This document shows, piece by piece, positions 16,301-30,600 of a DNA stretch of 64,000 nt; position 1 is the first letter of the stretch, and each line of letters opens with the position of its first letter. The DNA is from Balanoglossus misakiensis (taxonomy: Eukaryota > Animalia > Hemichordata), in NCBI GenBank assembly GCA_040954595.2, contig CM082582.2, positions 9,601,483 through 9,665,482 of the forward strand. The letters run 5' to 3'. The translations under genes and the position numbers were made by a program. The notes under the pieces were generated by a model. It saw only the letters and a program-made list of their open reading frames with translations, searched no databases and was not told where the DNA came from.

Positions 16301-19300
16301 TCCGTGTGATGTATGTGCCACAGCCATACTTTAAAAATCTGTGTTTTATGTTCAGTACACGATTCGTCAGTTACATTGCTCTGAAAGGGTCGCCGGGTTA
16401 ATGTGTATGCGTTTCCTCATAGAAGAATTAATGTAGCTATGAGTATAGATGGTAATGCGCCGCAAAGTGATAAGAAGAAATACGTGTGGGTACGTTGGAC
16501 TCAGAGCGGGTTTTAAAGCTCCAGTGACTCCAGATTTGGCCTGTTTTCTCAGTCCCTCGAAAATGTACACCAATGTCACTAAAATGTCATTGGTAAGCAC
16601 ATGCATGTCTGTCTGGGAATCTTAGCATCGTACTTAACAGGATTGAAATTAAATATCTCCGCAAATGCATTTCTGATACCCCGGATGTACACACATCCAT
16701 CATGCGCAGTGAAGGAAAAAGCTTCCCCAGCTATTGATTCGTTAGTGTCCACTACAGGTTCTTAATGCAAGGCACGTTTCCAGACTGCTTTTAACATGCA
16801 TGGCTGCATACATTCGGGATTAGGAATTGGAAACAAGACACCGACTCATCAATTTCAAGTGTGATTGTTCTTTGAATTCGCAAACAGGTCAAAATACACA
16901 TCGGAAAAGAGAATGCTTTGTGACGTAAACTGCAAGAAATGAGCCTTGCTCATGGCCGATTCTGCCAAGGCTGTTCGTCATTGTTGTTAATTTGACAACA
17001 TTATCAGATACCCCCATTTAAATTCAGCGCGAAACATTACATAATTGTTACTCTTCATCGTCAAGGAAGCCGGAACCCCGGCATGGCGTGAGATGGTAAC
17101 CATGACGTCACTATTGTAAAATATTTTTCCTCATTTTGCAGTCTGTGACGACATAGCCGCAATGGCAAGAAGCGGTGTGCTGCTTTCGCACAGAGGTTAC
17201 CCTGGCAACGATTATCCGAGTCACAAGTTGTGTAAGTTCCTAATTCCTCCGAGTGATCGCTTCGACGGTGTCAAGATCGAGTTCTTTGACGTCAAATTGA
17301 AAGTGTTCTCAGGTAAGCATATACTGTGGCGTGGAAGGATTATTGTTATATGCAGTACTTTGCAAAATATCCAGAATGTTGTGCAGTCATTCGTAAAATA
17401 TACCATAATGACATTGACCAACGAATTTGAGACACAAAAATAAATAGAAAACAGGAAATCCCCTTCCTTCTTTTAGAATTACATGGTCTTGAAATACGTC
17501 GTTGAGTGCTGAGTCAGCGCTTTTCTCCATGGTCCCCGTGACCTAGATTTCTAAGGTAGAAATCTATGAACTAAATAACCAAGCATGGTGACAGAGTACG
17601 GTACCGAAGCAACATTAACAGCAGCTGTTTTGTTCTTTACATAGCTTGCACAAAAGTGGTGATTATGTTGTATCCTGCAGTAAATTTTGTCTCACTACAA
17701 GAAATTAACGCACAGTCAATATGAAACTTTACAGCTAGACAGATTTGACTGTGTATATATACTTCGCGTGCCGCCTGCTTTTACTGGCATTTGTACCCAC
17801 AAGCATTTGCTTCCGTCTGATAGGTCTTCGGCAAGGGGAGCAATGGTACAGTGGAGAGAGCAATTACCGATCTAATGTCTGGAAACTACACGAGCTTCTA
17901 AATGATAAAATGGCGGCTTTAGTAGGGCCATTATGCCTCTTAAGCAATCATTCCCCATGAATCTTCCAGAACTTTTGCCCCATTCCATTAAAACCGATGA
18001 CTGTAACATATTATTCGTTAATCCACTTTGACAACAAAATATATATTTATTTTACGAGACAGTCGCCGGTGCCTTCGTAACATTAAACACTGGGGCATTG
18101 GTTATTTTGCCTAGTCGATGTCTCCTAATCCCTTGAAAATTTGCAGGAAATACTACACAGATGTTAACGTTTGAATTATTAATGTTTGGCTGTGAAATAA
18201 ATGTTAACGGCGAGAAACAATGTTGTTCACGTCTTTATTGATGGGGTACTCTCAAGGGGGTGGTATTGCCTGAAATGTGTCAAAAACGTCTATACTACGG
18301 TTTTCTGTTACAGATTGCCGTGTAATTAGTTCTACTCCAACCATACTTATCTTTAACTTCTGACTATTTCTTGACCCCCCCCCCCCCCACAGAAGACGAA
18401 TGCTCAGAAGAAGGGGAGCAGATCACAGTCTACAAAACATTTCACCGAGAACACCAGGTGATCTGTCAGAACGAATGGCGCAAGCTCTCCGTTCTTGTGC
18501 CAGGCGATTACGAATTTCCCGTGCTGTTGAGCTTTCAGACGACCGTGCACACTGAAAAATCGTTCAGGGGCTTCAAAGCAATATATACTCAGTATTACAA
18601 AGACGATAAGTGTGAGTATACCTAATCTTTTTTCCCCATTTATTCACAAGCAGATATTCCCGCCATCACGACTGCAGCAAAGGACAATTTTTTCTGGTTT
18701 AGGAAATGTTGATTCGAATTTCTGGTCTATTATTCACCGGAGTGTCATTACGGTCATACCATATTACAAAAATGGCGTGTCCCCTGGCTGACAACTAGGC
18801 TGTGTTCGCCCAGTGGAACAGCTACAGTCATTTTCGCATGAATTAGTTAGTCGCCGGTGAACGCAAGAATCGTTCGGTGTTCTGAGACGCAAATGCATTT
18901 TGGCACATCACGGTGTATTTATGAGGATTTTGCTCATCCGTCTTTGGCGCCATGCAAGTTATCATGTCTGGAATGAAATATTGAGGGAACGGTAGTCAGG
19001 GTACAAGGCCATGCACCATTTGTGTGATTTTAAAATACCAATAATATGAAAATTAGATTACTGATAGAGAACCGTGGGTAGATTATGGTAATTTTGTTAT
19101 TTTGCGCGAAGACGTAGAGTTGTAGGACAACCAAAAAGATTACATGCAAACATTATTTTGTACATTTGAAATGAAACGTGATTAATGCGAATGTTTAAAG
19201 CAGTGACTTCAAAGAAACACAGTTTTCTGCGTGGCGTGAACGATTTATCTCTGCGCATTTGAGGTGACAGAGAACCGAGAGATCACTGTTATTCACAGTG

Positions 19301-22300
19301 ACTGCTTTGAACACAAAAGTGGCTAATGGTGAAACAATCTTAAATGGAACCCATCGCTGTGCGTATCTGCCGTTTCCAATCTAGAGTTTTGATCAAGAAT
19401 TCCCTGCGAGAGGCGTGAGTCATGTTTTTTCCGTCTATCAGTCACGGTAAAATAGACCTTTCACATGAAGATAATTCTGACCCATTATAATCATTTTGCA
19501 TCACCAAATTTCGAGATATCAAAATGGCTGAAACTCTGACAAATTTTCAGGTATTTTAGGCGACAAAGAGACACTTTTTACACGAAATCTGTGAATTTAG
19601 ATGGCGCCTACGACCAAATCTGTTAATCATGTAATATTAGTGCAAATGCTTTATATCACATAGGCTGATTATTTATGATCTAAATGTTAAGACATTCGTT
19701 ATGGCCGCGATTATATGTGTAGAAATAGCGGGACCTTGCCAGTAGCGTTCGCTTCTCCTAAGTCATGTGTAGGCTGGGGGTTGCCATGGTTAATAATTTG
19801 TTCACGCATGGATATGATGACAGACAAAAGTAGTCACGTTTCCAACATTTTACCACGCATTTCCACCTTTCCAAGGAAAGTGATATACAGTCATGATAAT
19901 GTACCCGCACAACATCACAGGCTAACATATGACGGAAAAGAAATTAACCTTGCGTTGCTTTATGATTGACTTGGGAACTTGTATACTATAGGTTCAGTAT
20001 GCAGATGGAAATTCTCGGCATTCTAAATTCCAGAGTTCTTCGAACTGTCTCCGATAAGATCTCTGGCACAGGTGTCCCAATTGTAACAGAATTCCTCGAA
20101 ATCATCTCAGGGGTCACGGGAGCGGCGTACCCAATATTACCACGCGCATGTCGACGGAATACTAAATTGCGCTATTACAGCTAATCCGAATTCTGTTATG
20201 GTATGTAACGTGTGCGGCGTGTTCTGTGACTCGTAAAATGAAATTACACCACGCGCTTGAAATATACAAACTTGAGTTAATTTCAAAATGGGCGAAGGCA
20301 GCGGCGTATGAACAACTTTGACATCTTTGCCAAAGTACCTAAAATAACTTAAATTAATATACCTGTAACTGAAGCTGTATAACATCCAATACTTCGGAGA
20401 CTGCATTGTATATTTCGGTGCAATTTTTCAGCTTGGTGATAACTTTCGGAGAAGTACCATCTGCATATTTTGCTGGTGTAATCTGAAGAAAAAAATGTTT
20501 TGAGAAAGCAGATAAGCGTATAACCTGACCACAGATTTCTTTCTAACGCACACGTTTCATCGTAATGACTGCATCTCTTCGACAGCATTGTCTATTCAAA
20601 GGCATCCGTATGTTTGTAGGCTGTCTCCAGATTGCGAATTATTGCACAACTGTAATTCATAAACTGTTTCTCCCTGGTGCCAGGTTGCAAACCATTGTGA
20701 TGGTGCCGACTCAATCAAGCGGCATTCATGGGAATGATTACCTAGTTGATTTTGTGAATAAAATGAGTGACGTGAAGTCTTCACTCGCATTCGTGAGGAA
20801 TAAACCGCTGTGTTCGGCGCGTGAATCGCGAAGACCTTTTGTGCATTTGACTGTTTGAATGAACGTTGGCGTGTCCTATCCTGTCATGACTGTCTCTCGT
20901 ATCCGGGAAAGCTATTAGCAATTGCGCTTGGGTCACTGTCGCTTTAAGTTCAATGCGCCCTCCTCTTTTCAACACTCTTTCAAAGAAGTCGTGTTGTGTA
21001 AGATTTCCAAGGAATAGCACATCATACCATTTATACAATATGCGCCGAAATCAAACCAGTTTCCATTCCGCGTCCTCGACAACATTTAGGTTCGATAAAT
21101 TAAATTTCCCATCTCCGGAGCAAAGCGGACTTGCCCTCCGTTGCACGCAATCTTCAATAATGGCAGCGTTCATGCAAAAAGCCTAGAGTGATATTGATCT
21201 TGAATATGAAAAACACCTGATCCCCGTCCGAAATTCTTAGAAATTCTAAATTGAGAAAGAAAAAATCTTGGCGTCCAAGGACGCGAAACAACGTGGCCTA
21301 AATTCAAAAGCGACCCGTCCCCGCTAATATGAGGTGGACTGAAATAAGAGAGGCTATTATTTCCGTTGGCTTTTCAGCCTTCGGCAAAAAAATAAAAGGC
21401 AATCTTCTTTGGAATATATATAATATGTTTCTGTCTTAATAGCACATCAAAATTCGCCGACTCGGCTGAAAATACATTATGAATAACGCGAGATGGGTTT
21501 TAGGTGATTCTAATGCTTTTTAGGATTACCAAGGATGCAAGGAAGAATGCACTGATGAAAAATGTATGTGCTTACACGGTAGCAGGTGACTCTGAAATTG
21601 AACAGCAAGTAAGAAATAAGTGTTTGTTTTAGCAATAAAACGAAAGCAAAAAAAAAAGATTAAAAAGGTGCCATGTGGAACAGCGATATATCATACAGAA
21701 TACATCTTGCGAAGAGAAAAGTTGATAACTCAATCAGTCTCCTACACGATCGATACACACTGAAAAATTCGCGCGTTAAATTCCCTCACACATTCTAAAT
21801 GTAAAGGAAAAATTAAATGAGAACAAAATATTGTGCACCTTACACGCCAAGCGACCCTCTCCGCGCTAATGCGTGTGCGCCTATGTGAAAAGAAATCTCC
21901 AGTTCTTTTGCCCGGGGGCTACCTGACAGAACAGAATGGACGCGAGCTGACTATAGAAATGTCCTTTTGAATATATGTACGCTGACCTGCTTTCCAGGCG
22001 GCGTGTTGGATACGCATGAAAAGAAATTTATATGAATTAATCTCTGGAACCCCGAGCAGGTCCCCGAGGAAGTCTCGGTCTGAAAGACTGCATTGTGGAA
22101 AAACTTGATTGGTTGTCAACACGATCAGAAACCCTTTCGGACGAATTTAGAAAATTTATGTCCCTTTTTCGAAAACCTCATATCTTCTACTCGGCGTTGT
22201 CAACGCCTATATCTCGTTTTTTACGCGATTACTTCCCCCGCAGCCAAGCACGCCCACTCTGAAGAAAAGCAACAAGAGAAAAGAGCTGATCTGCGGGAAC

Positions 22301-25191
22301 CATGTTTAAAGTTTAATTTGATGTTTATTATAATGCAGGGGCTACTGAGGCCAAGTGAAAATGTCAACGCTAATCTATATTCTTGATAAACTTGCCTTAC
22401 AAATGCCAGAATGTTATCTCGAAATATTTTGCAGTTTGCTTCACTACTGGGATGCAAATTCACATCCTTATGTCATTCACTATGCAACTTTTAAGCAGAA
22501 GTCACCCGGACAGGCTACAGCAACGAACGAATGAACCAGCTATATCACACAAACACACGAGAGAGATCGCATCGCACAAGTAATTGCCTTGCGAAATTCA
22601 CCAAGGCTACTTTGCATTGCTCCCAGACTTTAAATAGCTTCGAAAGAAACGCGGTTTCTCATGGCACAGTTTTTAATGGCCGCCAGTCACAGCCATGCCA
22701 TTGTATGGCGAAACAACATCTATATTTCAATCAAAGTGCTACGCGCAAATGCCTACTTTCGAAGAAGCCTATTTATAAGACGGGTGATCCAATTCCCGTT
22801 CAGAACAACATTCTGCGGATGAGAAACCAATTAGGGTATTATGGGAAAATAATTACAATGAACCATCTATAGTATTTATCAAAAGGGTACTGCGACGTGG
22901 CTTGGCCATTGATACTGTAAGTGATTGGAAAAAGCGTTTACTAAAAAATAGAACTGAAATAAAAGTTCAATTTTTTTTAAAAGGGACATGGTGGACAGAG
23001 CGCCGCTTAAAGAGCAAATCGATAAACGATTTTCTTTCTATCTGTTTTCCCACAATACATGTAGATGGCGATGAAGGGTGTGCACTTGACGATTTTCACT
23101 GTAGAGGTAGCGGTCTATGCATTCCAGCGTCTGCGGTCTGCGATGGTTACAACCACTGTGGCGATTTTCAAGATGAGCGAAACTGCGGCGAAGGTAAGTT
23201 GCCCCGTGGCTGCACGGAGTGAACCTAAGCGTATGCAAATGTATTCATCATCTCTCACGTATGACTCATATGCCGAGATAACACGAACGATGGGAAATTA
23301 CTTTAGGCAGTATTGGAATGGGCGTAAACAATAGAATCGCTGGTAGTTGTAAATTAAAAAAATAATACGGGCCATAGTTTTAAAGTAATTGCTTCCACCT
23401 CTGGGCTGTTATTAAAATCGCATTTTAATTTGTGTTCTACTCATTTTGAACCAAAATCACCGATTCATCTTAAAGACCTGCCGTCAACATTTTCACATGG
23501 TACAATTAATATGTTCCTGCAAGACTATAGAGTCATGTAGGTTACTTTTCACACCATAATCAAATGCTCTCCCTGTTTTGCTGTTACTTATTTCCAGATA
23601 CATTTCTTTAAGCATGATAACAGTGTTCATATATCATTGCTGGCGGCCCTTTTGATTCAGCGATGTAATCGCGTCTGGGGCAGGGATAATTCGTTTCAGA
23701 AACTGGGCTACTGCGGAGAAGAAAAACCAATTTCCTTCATCATTTGATGCAGTTTGTCATCTTAATTTAGCAAGCCGGCGTAATAGCCCGAGGTTGTGCG
23801 ATAGCCTTTGTCTTGGTCGTAACACCCGCCAATTTGATTAACAAATTTAAATGAGAAACCGGGGATTGATAATTGTCAGAACATCACTGTGAAAGGGGGA
23901 ATTGTCCGCGATTATATATTACTTAATGGATGGAATCGCGGAAATTTTTCAGCATAAACAATGACGAAGACAATATATTTCTAATTGTGTCTTTTATCAA
24001 AATCCCAACGGGCAATTTTCATCGACTCGACATGGCATATCATACATGCTATGCTGGTTTTCGCTGGTATTATCAAACCTGATAATAACGCTGTCACATT
24101 CAATAAACTCTTTTGAAAATTGCCACTGCTACTCATTTTCAAGCAAGAATGTGCATTTTCCTTGCGGCATATACACCGCATAGTACGAAAAATACCGGAA
24201 TGTAAGTAAGGTCTTAGATGTGTCATGAAAATGACATATTAATAGATTCACGCTAACTATGTCGCCCCCTTTTCCAATGTGGACGCGCAGCCGTGCTTTT
24301 GAGAGCGGTAGGGGTGAACCAGAGTTTTGGCATGAAATGGTTGCACTTCACACGCCATTTTTCATTCTGTCGTCATTATATATTGTAGACTTTTCAATCC
24401 CGCCGCCCGAAGACATATGCAACCCAGAAGAGTTCTATTGCGGAGTGTATGGCAACGGCGCATGCGTGTACCGACAGTACGCTTTGTGTGATGGCTGGAA
24501 GGATTGCAAAGATGGCTCGGATGAGGGCGACTGCCCGAATATGCGTACGTATACTTTCTTGCAATTTTTGTCTCGCGTCGTAGTGGCAATTCACGGTTGA
24601 TGTAATCGAAGCAAATGCTAATCACGTAGACTATGTGACACGAGACTGGACTAATATGGCCCTCCGAGATCTCGTAAAAACGTCACTTTCTTCGCTGGAT
24701 GCCAGGGAGCCCACGAGACTGCGTATAGAACAGCTGCTTTCAGCAATGCATTTTAAAGCCCGTCCTCCGAGATTTGCCAAGGCTTATGATGTTGTGTTAA
24801 ACGGGTAATGGAGAAATTTATGGAGATGTACAAAAATTTATCGCTAGCGCCCATAATATAAATACAGACATAAGAAGGAAGGAGAGGGAAAGAGACAGAT
24901 TGACAGAGACGAACAGACAGACATACATACATGATTGTGATACGTATATTATGTAATAGACTTTCTGTCCATTACGATGTAAATAACCCTGGTAACACGT
25001 TTTATTTCTCTGCAGCTAATGTCGTTTCCGGGGAAACCATCGTCGGCATTTTGATTGGAATCGTTTTAGCGGGCTTTGTGATCTCACTTATAGCTATGGT
25101 GATTTACAGACGCGTTGAGAAGTCACGAGAACGCGCAAAACGGATGAAGAAGCAAGCCGCCGAGAAAGAACCCCAACCGACGGCGGTGTAA
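13357..25191 (+). CDS. CUB-CUB-LDLa-LDLa-TM receptor (NETO/SOL-2-like), ~474 aa; paralog B
   Basis: Exons 13357-13519, 14749-14888, 15820-16090, 17142-17312, 18393-18611, 23065-23193, 24389-24544, 25016-25191 (1425 nt, in frame). Signal peptide, CUB1 (CGG..INSPNYPMLYPNNAHCVYRI), CUB2, two LDLa repeats (CDGYNHCGDFQDE; CDGWKDCKDGSDE), TM IVGILIGIVLAGFVISLIAMVIY. Probable 5'UTR exon ends at 12520. Confidence 0.88.
19192..19313. mobile_element. Small MITE-like foldback with imperfect 16-bp terminal inverted repeats
   Basis: Left end tgtttaaagcagtgac versus reverse complement of right end tgttcaaagcagtcac (14/16 match). Intronic. Confidence 0.35.
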
Positions 25192-27687
25192 AGTGTGTTT
25201 ACACTTTGTAACCGGGCTATTTGATCATGGTGCTTTTTACACATGGAAGCAAATTGCGGAGGTGTGTCTCACGCGTGACCTTTCCTCTACCTCCTCTGCA
25301 CTCAACACGGCCATACGTCGGAAAATTGTTGGGTTACCGGATACAATGAGGTCGACGTTTAGTTCGCGCTACTTCGCAGCTTGAGTAAGCGAATTGGATA
25401 TCGCCTGCGGAGTAAGAATTTCAATAAGCGTCTTTGGCTCAAATTGAGCACGACTTTTAGGATACAAAGGACATTCTGAACGAAAGAATTTCCTTTCACG
25501 CAGATCCCAACTGGAGAGAAAATCGATGACAATCGGGGCGATAAGTACCACACGTAGTGGTGGCTGCAGGTTACTGAAAACAATCAACGCAGACGTCTAT
25601 TGCGCGCGTGTCAGCCATTTTCAATCGACCACAAACTACTCGAAGATTTACCAATCTTGTGGCTAACACTTATAGGGAATCAACACGTTTTTTTTTCTCA
25701 AAGCAATAATCGTTTTTTGTACTTAGACCTCTGAACGAAGAGGTCACGATGAAATCTGGTATTCAGTGTTGTCTTTGGCATTTTAAAAAACAATCATTAT
25801 ACATTTGTGGTTATGAGTTCAGTTACTGTTTTTCAGAAGAAACCACGGTTGATGTGTTTGAGGGCATTCAGTGTTCGTCACTTGTTTTATTATGATATCA
25901 TACCGTGTTGTTTGTGCAGGATTTGTATTCGAAATCTTTACCAACGATTCCTCTCCTTATCGTGTGTAATAGCAGCAACTTGTGACAATGCATTCGAGTT
26001 GTGTTTTACGATTTGTTTTGTTGTGAGTGTTTCCTTCCTGTGTTCAAACTATTTCTGATTTTTTTCATTTGGATTTTGATATGACTTCGATGGACCGTGT
26101 GTGGATATCATTGTTTGGTCCATTTTATGCAAATGTCAGTATGAATGCACAGAACTTCAAGCCTTTGTGCCAAAGAATTTCAGCAACATTAACACATTTA
26201 ACGCACTGAAAGTGCAATGAATGGCATTTTGTGAAGTAATGTGGGATGTAAAGTAATTTCCCGGATTGAGCTTTTTATTACTGTAACAGATGAATTATGT
26301 GACCAATTTCCATTATTAGACCAATTAAGTAGTCACTTTCAATTCTATATACATGTAGATGCACTAGCAAAAGCGTGGATTCCGATTGCACGGGGGCTTT
26401 CGTCACAGCGACAATGGTGCCCTCAGCGTCTGATGTACAAGACTTGTTAGTTGAGTGGAATATTTTAATCAGCTGTCGATTCTCCTGATTGCAAATCCTT
26501 TGGGAAGTTTCAGAAACGCGGATGTCATTTACAGTAGTTTGATGACAAAGTGTAGATTATTTTTTTCTGTTTCGGGCTTTTTTTTAACTTTCTCCTTCTA
26601 TGTCAGTCACGTATGAGCAAGTTCTCGTCTTTATCTTTCTCTGATGTACATCTAACACTATAGGTAGAAGTTTTTGATGTTAACTCATTTCAAATAAACG
26701 TGAAAATAAAACGGTTTGACAAATTCGTAATATCCCATACTCGTGGTTCTTGACGTAGCACATTTTGGCCAAACTATGATCACGTGAGGAAAATACAGAG
26801 GAGGCGTGCATGTGAAATAGAGTCATGACGAGTTTTGCTTTTATCAACATTATGGCGTACACGATTGATCGTTCGTTATAGCAAAGGGCTCAAATTTCGC
26901 GTGAAACTCGGTGTTATGGCGAAGCCAATTTGCGCATTGCATCCGAACAATCGGTATACCGGTAATTGAAGGTCGATGATTAACTTTTTCACCGGGAAAA
27001 CGATATCCCATTTTCAGAACGAAAGATAATATTTAGCTTATCATGAATTTAACGTTCTATCCGCGGTGTAACGGAGAGAATATTAAAGTTGTATTCAAAA
27101 GGTACATGTGACATGCATAGCAAACGTGAATCAAAATGTGGAATAAATGTCGACAGAAAGGTCAAAAAGGTCGCAGACAAATAGAGGCTTTAAAAAGCAG
27201 ATAGACTGATAATTATACTTTACAGTTTACTGTAATTCACTGTCCGACGTAATATGAATTATGAAAAGGACTAAATGGGAGTCGTAAAACAGAATCGTTT
27301 TACGGATTATGTTTTATATGCAATACGTGTACTGGTAACGAACATCGTGTCATATTACGTGCCTGGAACAACAAAATGCCAAACATGCATTTTGGCATGT
27401 AACTGTGTCCTTATTTTTCGTATGTGTCACTGATATCCAAACTGGTAATCTATAAGACTCAATAAACGTATCATACATGACGGATAATGGACAGAGTTGG
27501 AGTCAGCTAGATCATATGAATACGACAATGCCCCACGGGAATTAATTGTTTCTTTCAGGGCTGCCACACGACGGAAATTGCCGTAATTGATCTTTTTTAA
27601 TTAGCGGCTATCGAGGACCTGATAAAAGTTCACGGCCCTGTACTTGACGAAGCGCACTTTGCTTTCTGTCGTGCGTGTGGTGAAAAA

Positions 27688-30600
27688 ATGCGCGCCGTAG
27701 ATGTTTTAGTGTTCGGGTTGTTCTCGCTGTGGCTGGCAGAGGTAAGTGAAGACAATTTCAACTGTCAAATTGTACACACTACAAATTGTGGGTCTTTTTA
27801 CCCCGCCGAGGCCAACCCTGCCTACATCGTTAACTTCAATTCATCCGAAAACATCATCATTCAAGGCGCTGATTGCGGTAATTGTTAAATCACTCGGAGA
27901 CATGTCAGCATTAACCGCATCCTTCCTGTTTGGAATCGTAAATTGCTATAAAAACGAAAACGTCTTTTATCCGAACTATGTTTCATATCACTATGATGGT
28001 TTAATGCAGGATTTTCAAGGTTTTCATTGATTTTTTTCAGGATGTTCTTTCCGGGGCTGTCGAAGATGTTAATCACGCTCCCGAGAAGGTGTGTCACTCT
28101 ATATATTTATATCAATTCTAAGTACATGCAATGTGCTATAATGGAGGTCCACAATATCACACAATACAATATATGCGTCTGCCATCTACCACTAGAAACC
28201 AGTATTCTTCTATCATATCCTAATTCGAAATACATATTTTTATAATTTTATATTTTCAACAGGAGGCTCGAAATGCCAAGAAAAAGAGTGAGTATTTTTA
28301 TATTCAATTTGTTAATATGGGAAACCATAATAAAAATAAACCCGTAGTAGTAGTTACACTTAATTCTGTATGGCGGAATGTTGTGGTTATATCACTCTAA
28401 TTTTCTGACCTACAAATTTTTACATTCTTCTCTGTAGAAATCACGTTCGGTGAAAATGAAAATGACGCTATGTCATACATACTTGAACGGAATGAAAAAC
28501 CCGGAAAGGGTAAGTTAATTTCCTATTTTTTATACGGATACGGAACTGTCAAGTTACACAATTCAAGTTACAGAATTGTGTATGCATTAATAGCATAACT
28601 TACAACACACAAGAAAACAAAATGGCCGCTGTCCATCGGCCATCTTTCTCTGCTATCTCAGCGCTGGGCTCGACTGTGGTTAGGTTTCATTTCTACCTCG
28701 CGTCTGAAAATTTCATTGGAGTACCTTGCTGACGTAAGTTGAAAATTCCAAATCAATAGACTATAACTTTAAATTTACATGTTTAGAGAATAAAATGACA
28801 GAAACATGTTACTTACAGTAGAGTATGTGCGCATTGGGGGCTGCAAGCCAGGAGGAAAGGCACCCACGATTTCCGTCGTCACTTTCCATGACCGATGGTT
28901 TATGTGCGTTATCTTAAATGAGGCTACCAAAATCCTGCTAAGTCCAGTCCATATCGTCACAGTCATGACCTTCACTTTCACTTGGTTGTCGGAAATTGCT
29001 CTGGGAAATGAAAAGGTCGCCATTACTTTCAGCCATGGTGTTTGTACGTCAAAGATTGAGTTCCGAATGATGGAAGTGGCACCGCACCGACCATCTGACA
29101 AATGAACTGGCTGAAAACTATCCAATGGAAATGCGTCATTCACCAGGTGTATTTTGTGAAGCTTGTGATTGGTTGATGTGATTGAGAAGCTGTTTAGCAT
29201 ACCAAGATAACAAATGTGGTCATAACGATACGTGTTGTTAGCCAGATAATGTACTGGTGTAGTGCAATTCATACATTGAACTCACGGCCATCGATATTGT
29301 GTCTACATCAGCACTAATATCGTTACCTCCCCCACCCCTATTTTTGCCGACAGAGAAAGATATCGTACCACTGGTAGAGGGCGACATATACATTCCAAGA
29401 TTAGAAGGCTCTTACAGATACAAAGAAGGTGGAGAGGTTAGTTACAATGACATGAATCTAGTATTATTACAGTTGGTGATTAAAATAGTCCAACAATAAA
29501 TTGATGTTCTGACATATGCTTTATCATTTCCAGCCCCCGTTCGCCGATTTCCGTGAACGTGACACGAGCAGACTCTGGAGAGATGGTGTCGTGCCATACG
29601 TCATCGATTCTAAGTTTAGTAAGTAGACTGCTGATGCTGTTTTATTGTCGCTCAAGCCGCAGTGTATGATATACTGAACGATCTCTCGTCACATTTCTAT
29701 CACGTACATTTGGATTTGATTGTCATTTCTTCCCAACAGAAAAGAAGACCAAGAAACACATCAAAGAGGCTATCGACCATTTCCACGAAAGAACTTGCAT
29801 TCGATTTGTGAAAAGAAAGAAAGAGGCGGATTATTTGTTGATAAAACGATCAACAAAGTAAGATTCGATCCTTTCACTCATGTTTAAAGCCAGCCACGAT
29901 GGCATTCGTGACCCAATTTCCTTTAAATGTCGATTCTGTTCACTTGCGTGTTTAACAATCACGTTCAGAAAGTTTCCCTTTGACTTTGGTATTGTTTCCA
30001 GGTGTTGGTCTGGCATTGGACGGCTGGGTGGGGAGCAGGTGATCGCCTTGGATGAATCTGCGTGCATTCACCTCGGAACCATCATACACGAATTGCTGCA
30101 TACTCTGGGTTTGTACCACGAACAGAGTCGCACGGACCGTGACATGTACGTCAATATCAAGTGGAACAACATAGAACCGGGTATGTATAGAAAAATGAGC
30201 AAAATTCATAAGGAGAATTTCACCACCCCTGTTAGTGTTCTTTGACACTTGAGCAATCTGGGGCATTCCATTGCATTTCAGGTAAATTCAGCCAATTCGA
30301 GAGAACGTACCGCCACGAGTACACCGACCCGCTGGGGGCGACCTATGACTACTGGTCCATCATGCACTACCACAGCAAGGCGTTCAGCAGGAACGGTGAA
30401 GACACCATCGTGCCCAAGATGATGCCAGACGTAAATATCATGCAGCGAAACTATTTCAGTCCGTTGGACTTGTACAAGATCAACTCTCTCTATGAGTGCG
30501 GTGAGTACGACAGTCGTCGTGTTCAATGCATCTGGTAGGGTTTCTTCACTTACACGATCCGATAATTGTCCTGCTTATGAAGCAAAGATTCCATCGGCTG

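Noticed and set aside
17834-17862. tRNA/SINE A-box-like stretch (gggagcaatggtacagtggagagagc)
   Set aside because: No B-box or cloverleaf follows. Too short to call a tRNA or SINE.
18612-23064. Many short ORFs in the 4.4-kb intron as a nested gene or intact transposon
   Set aside because: No transposase, reverse transcriptase or other domain motifs and no consistent exon chain were recognised.
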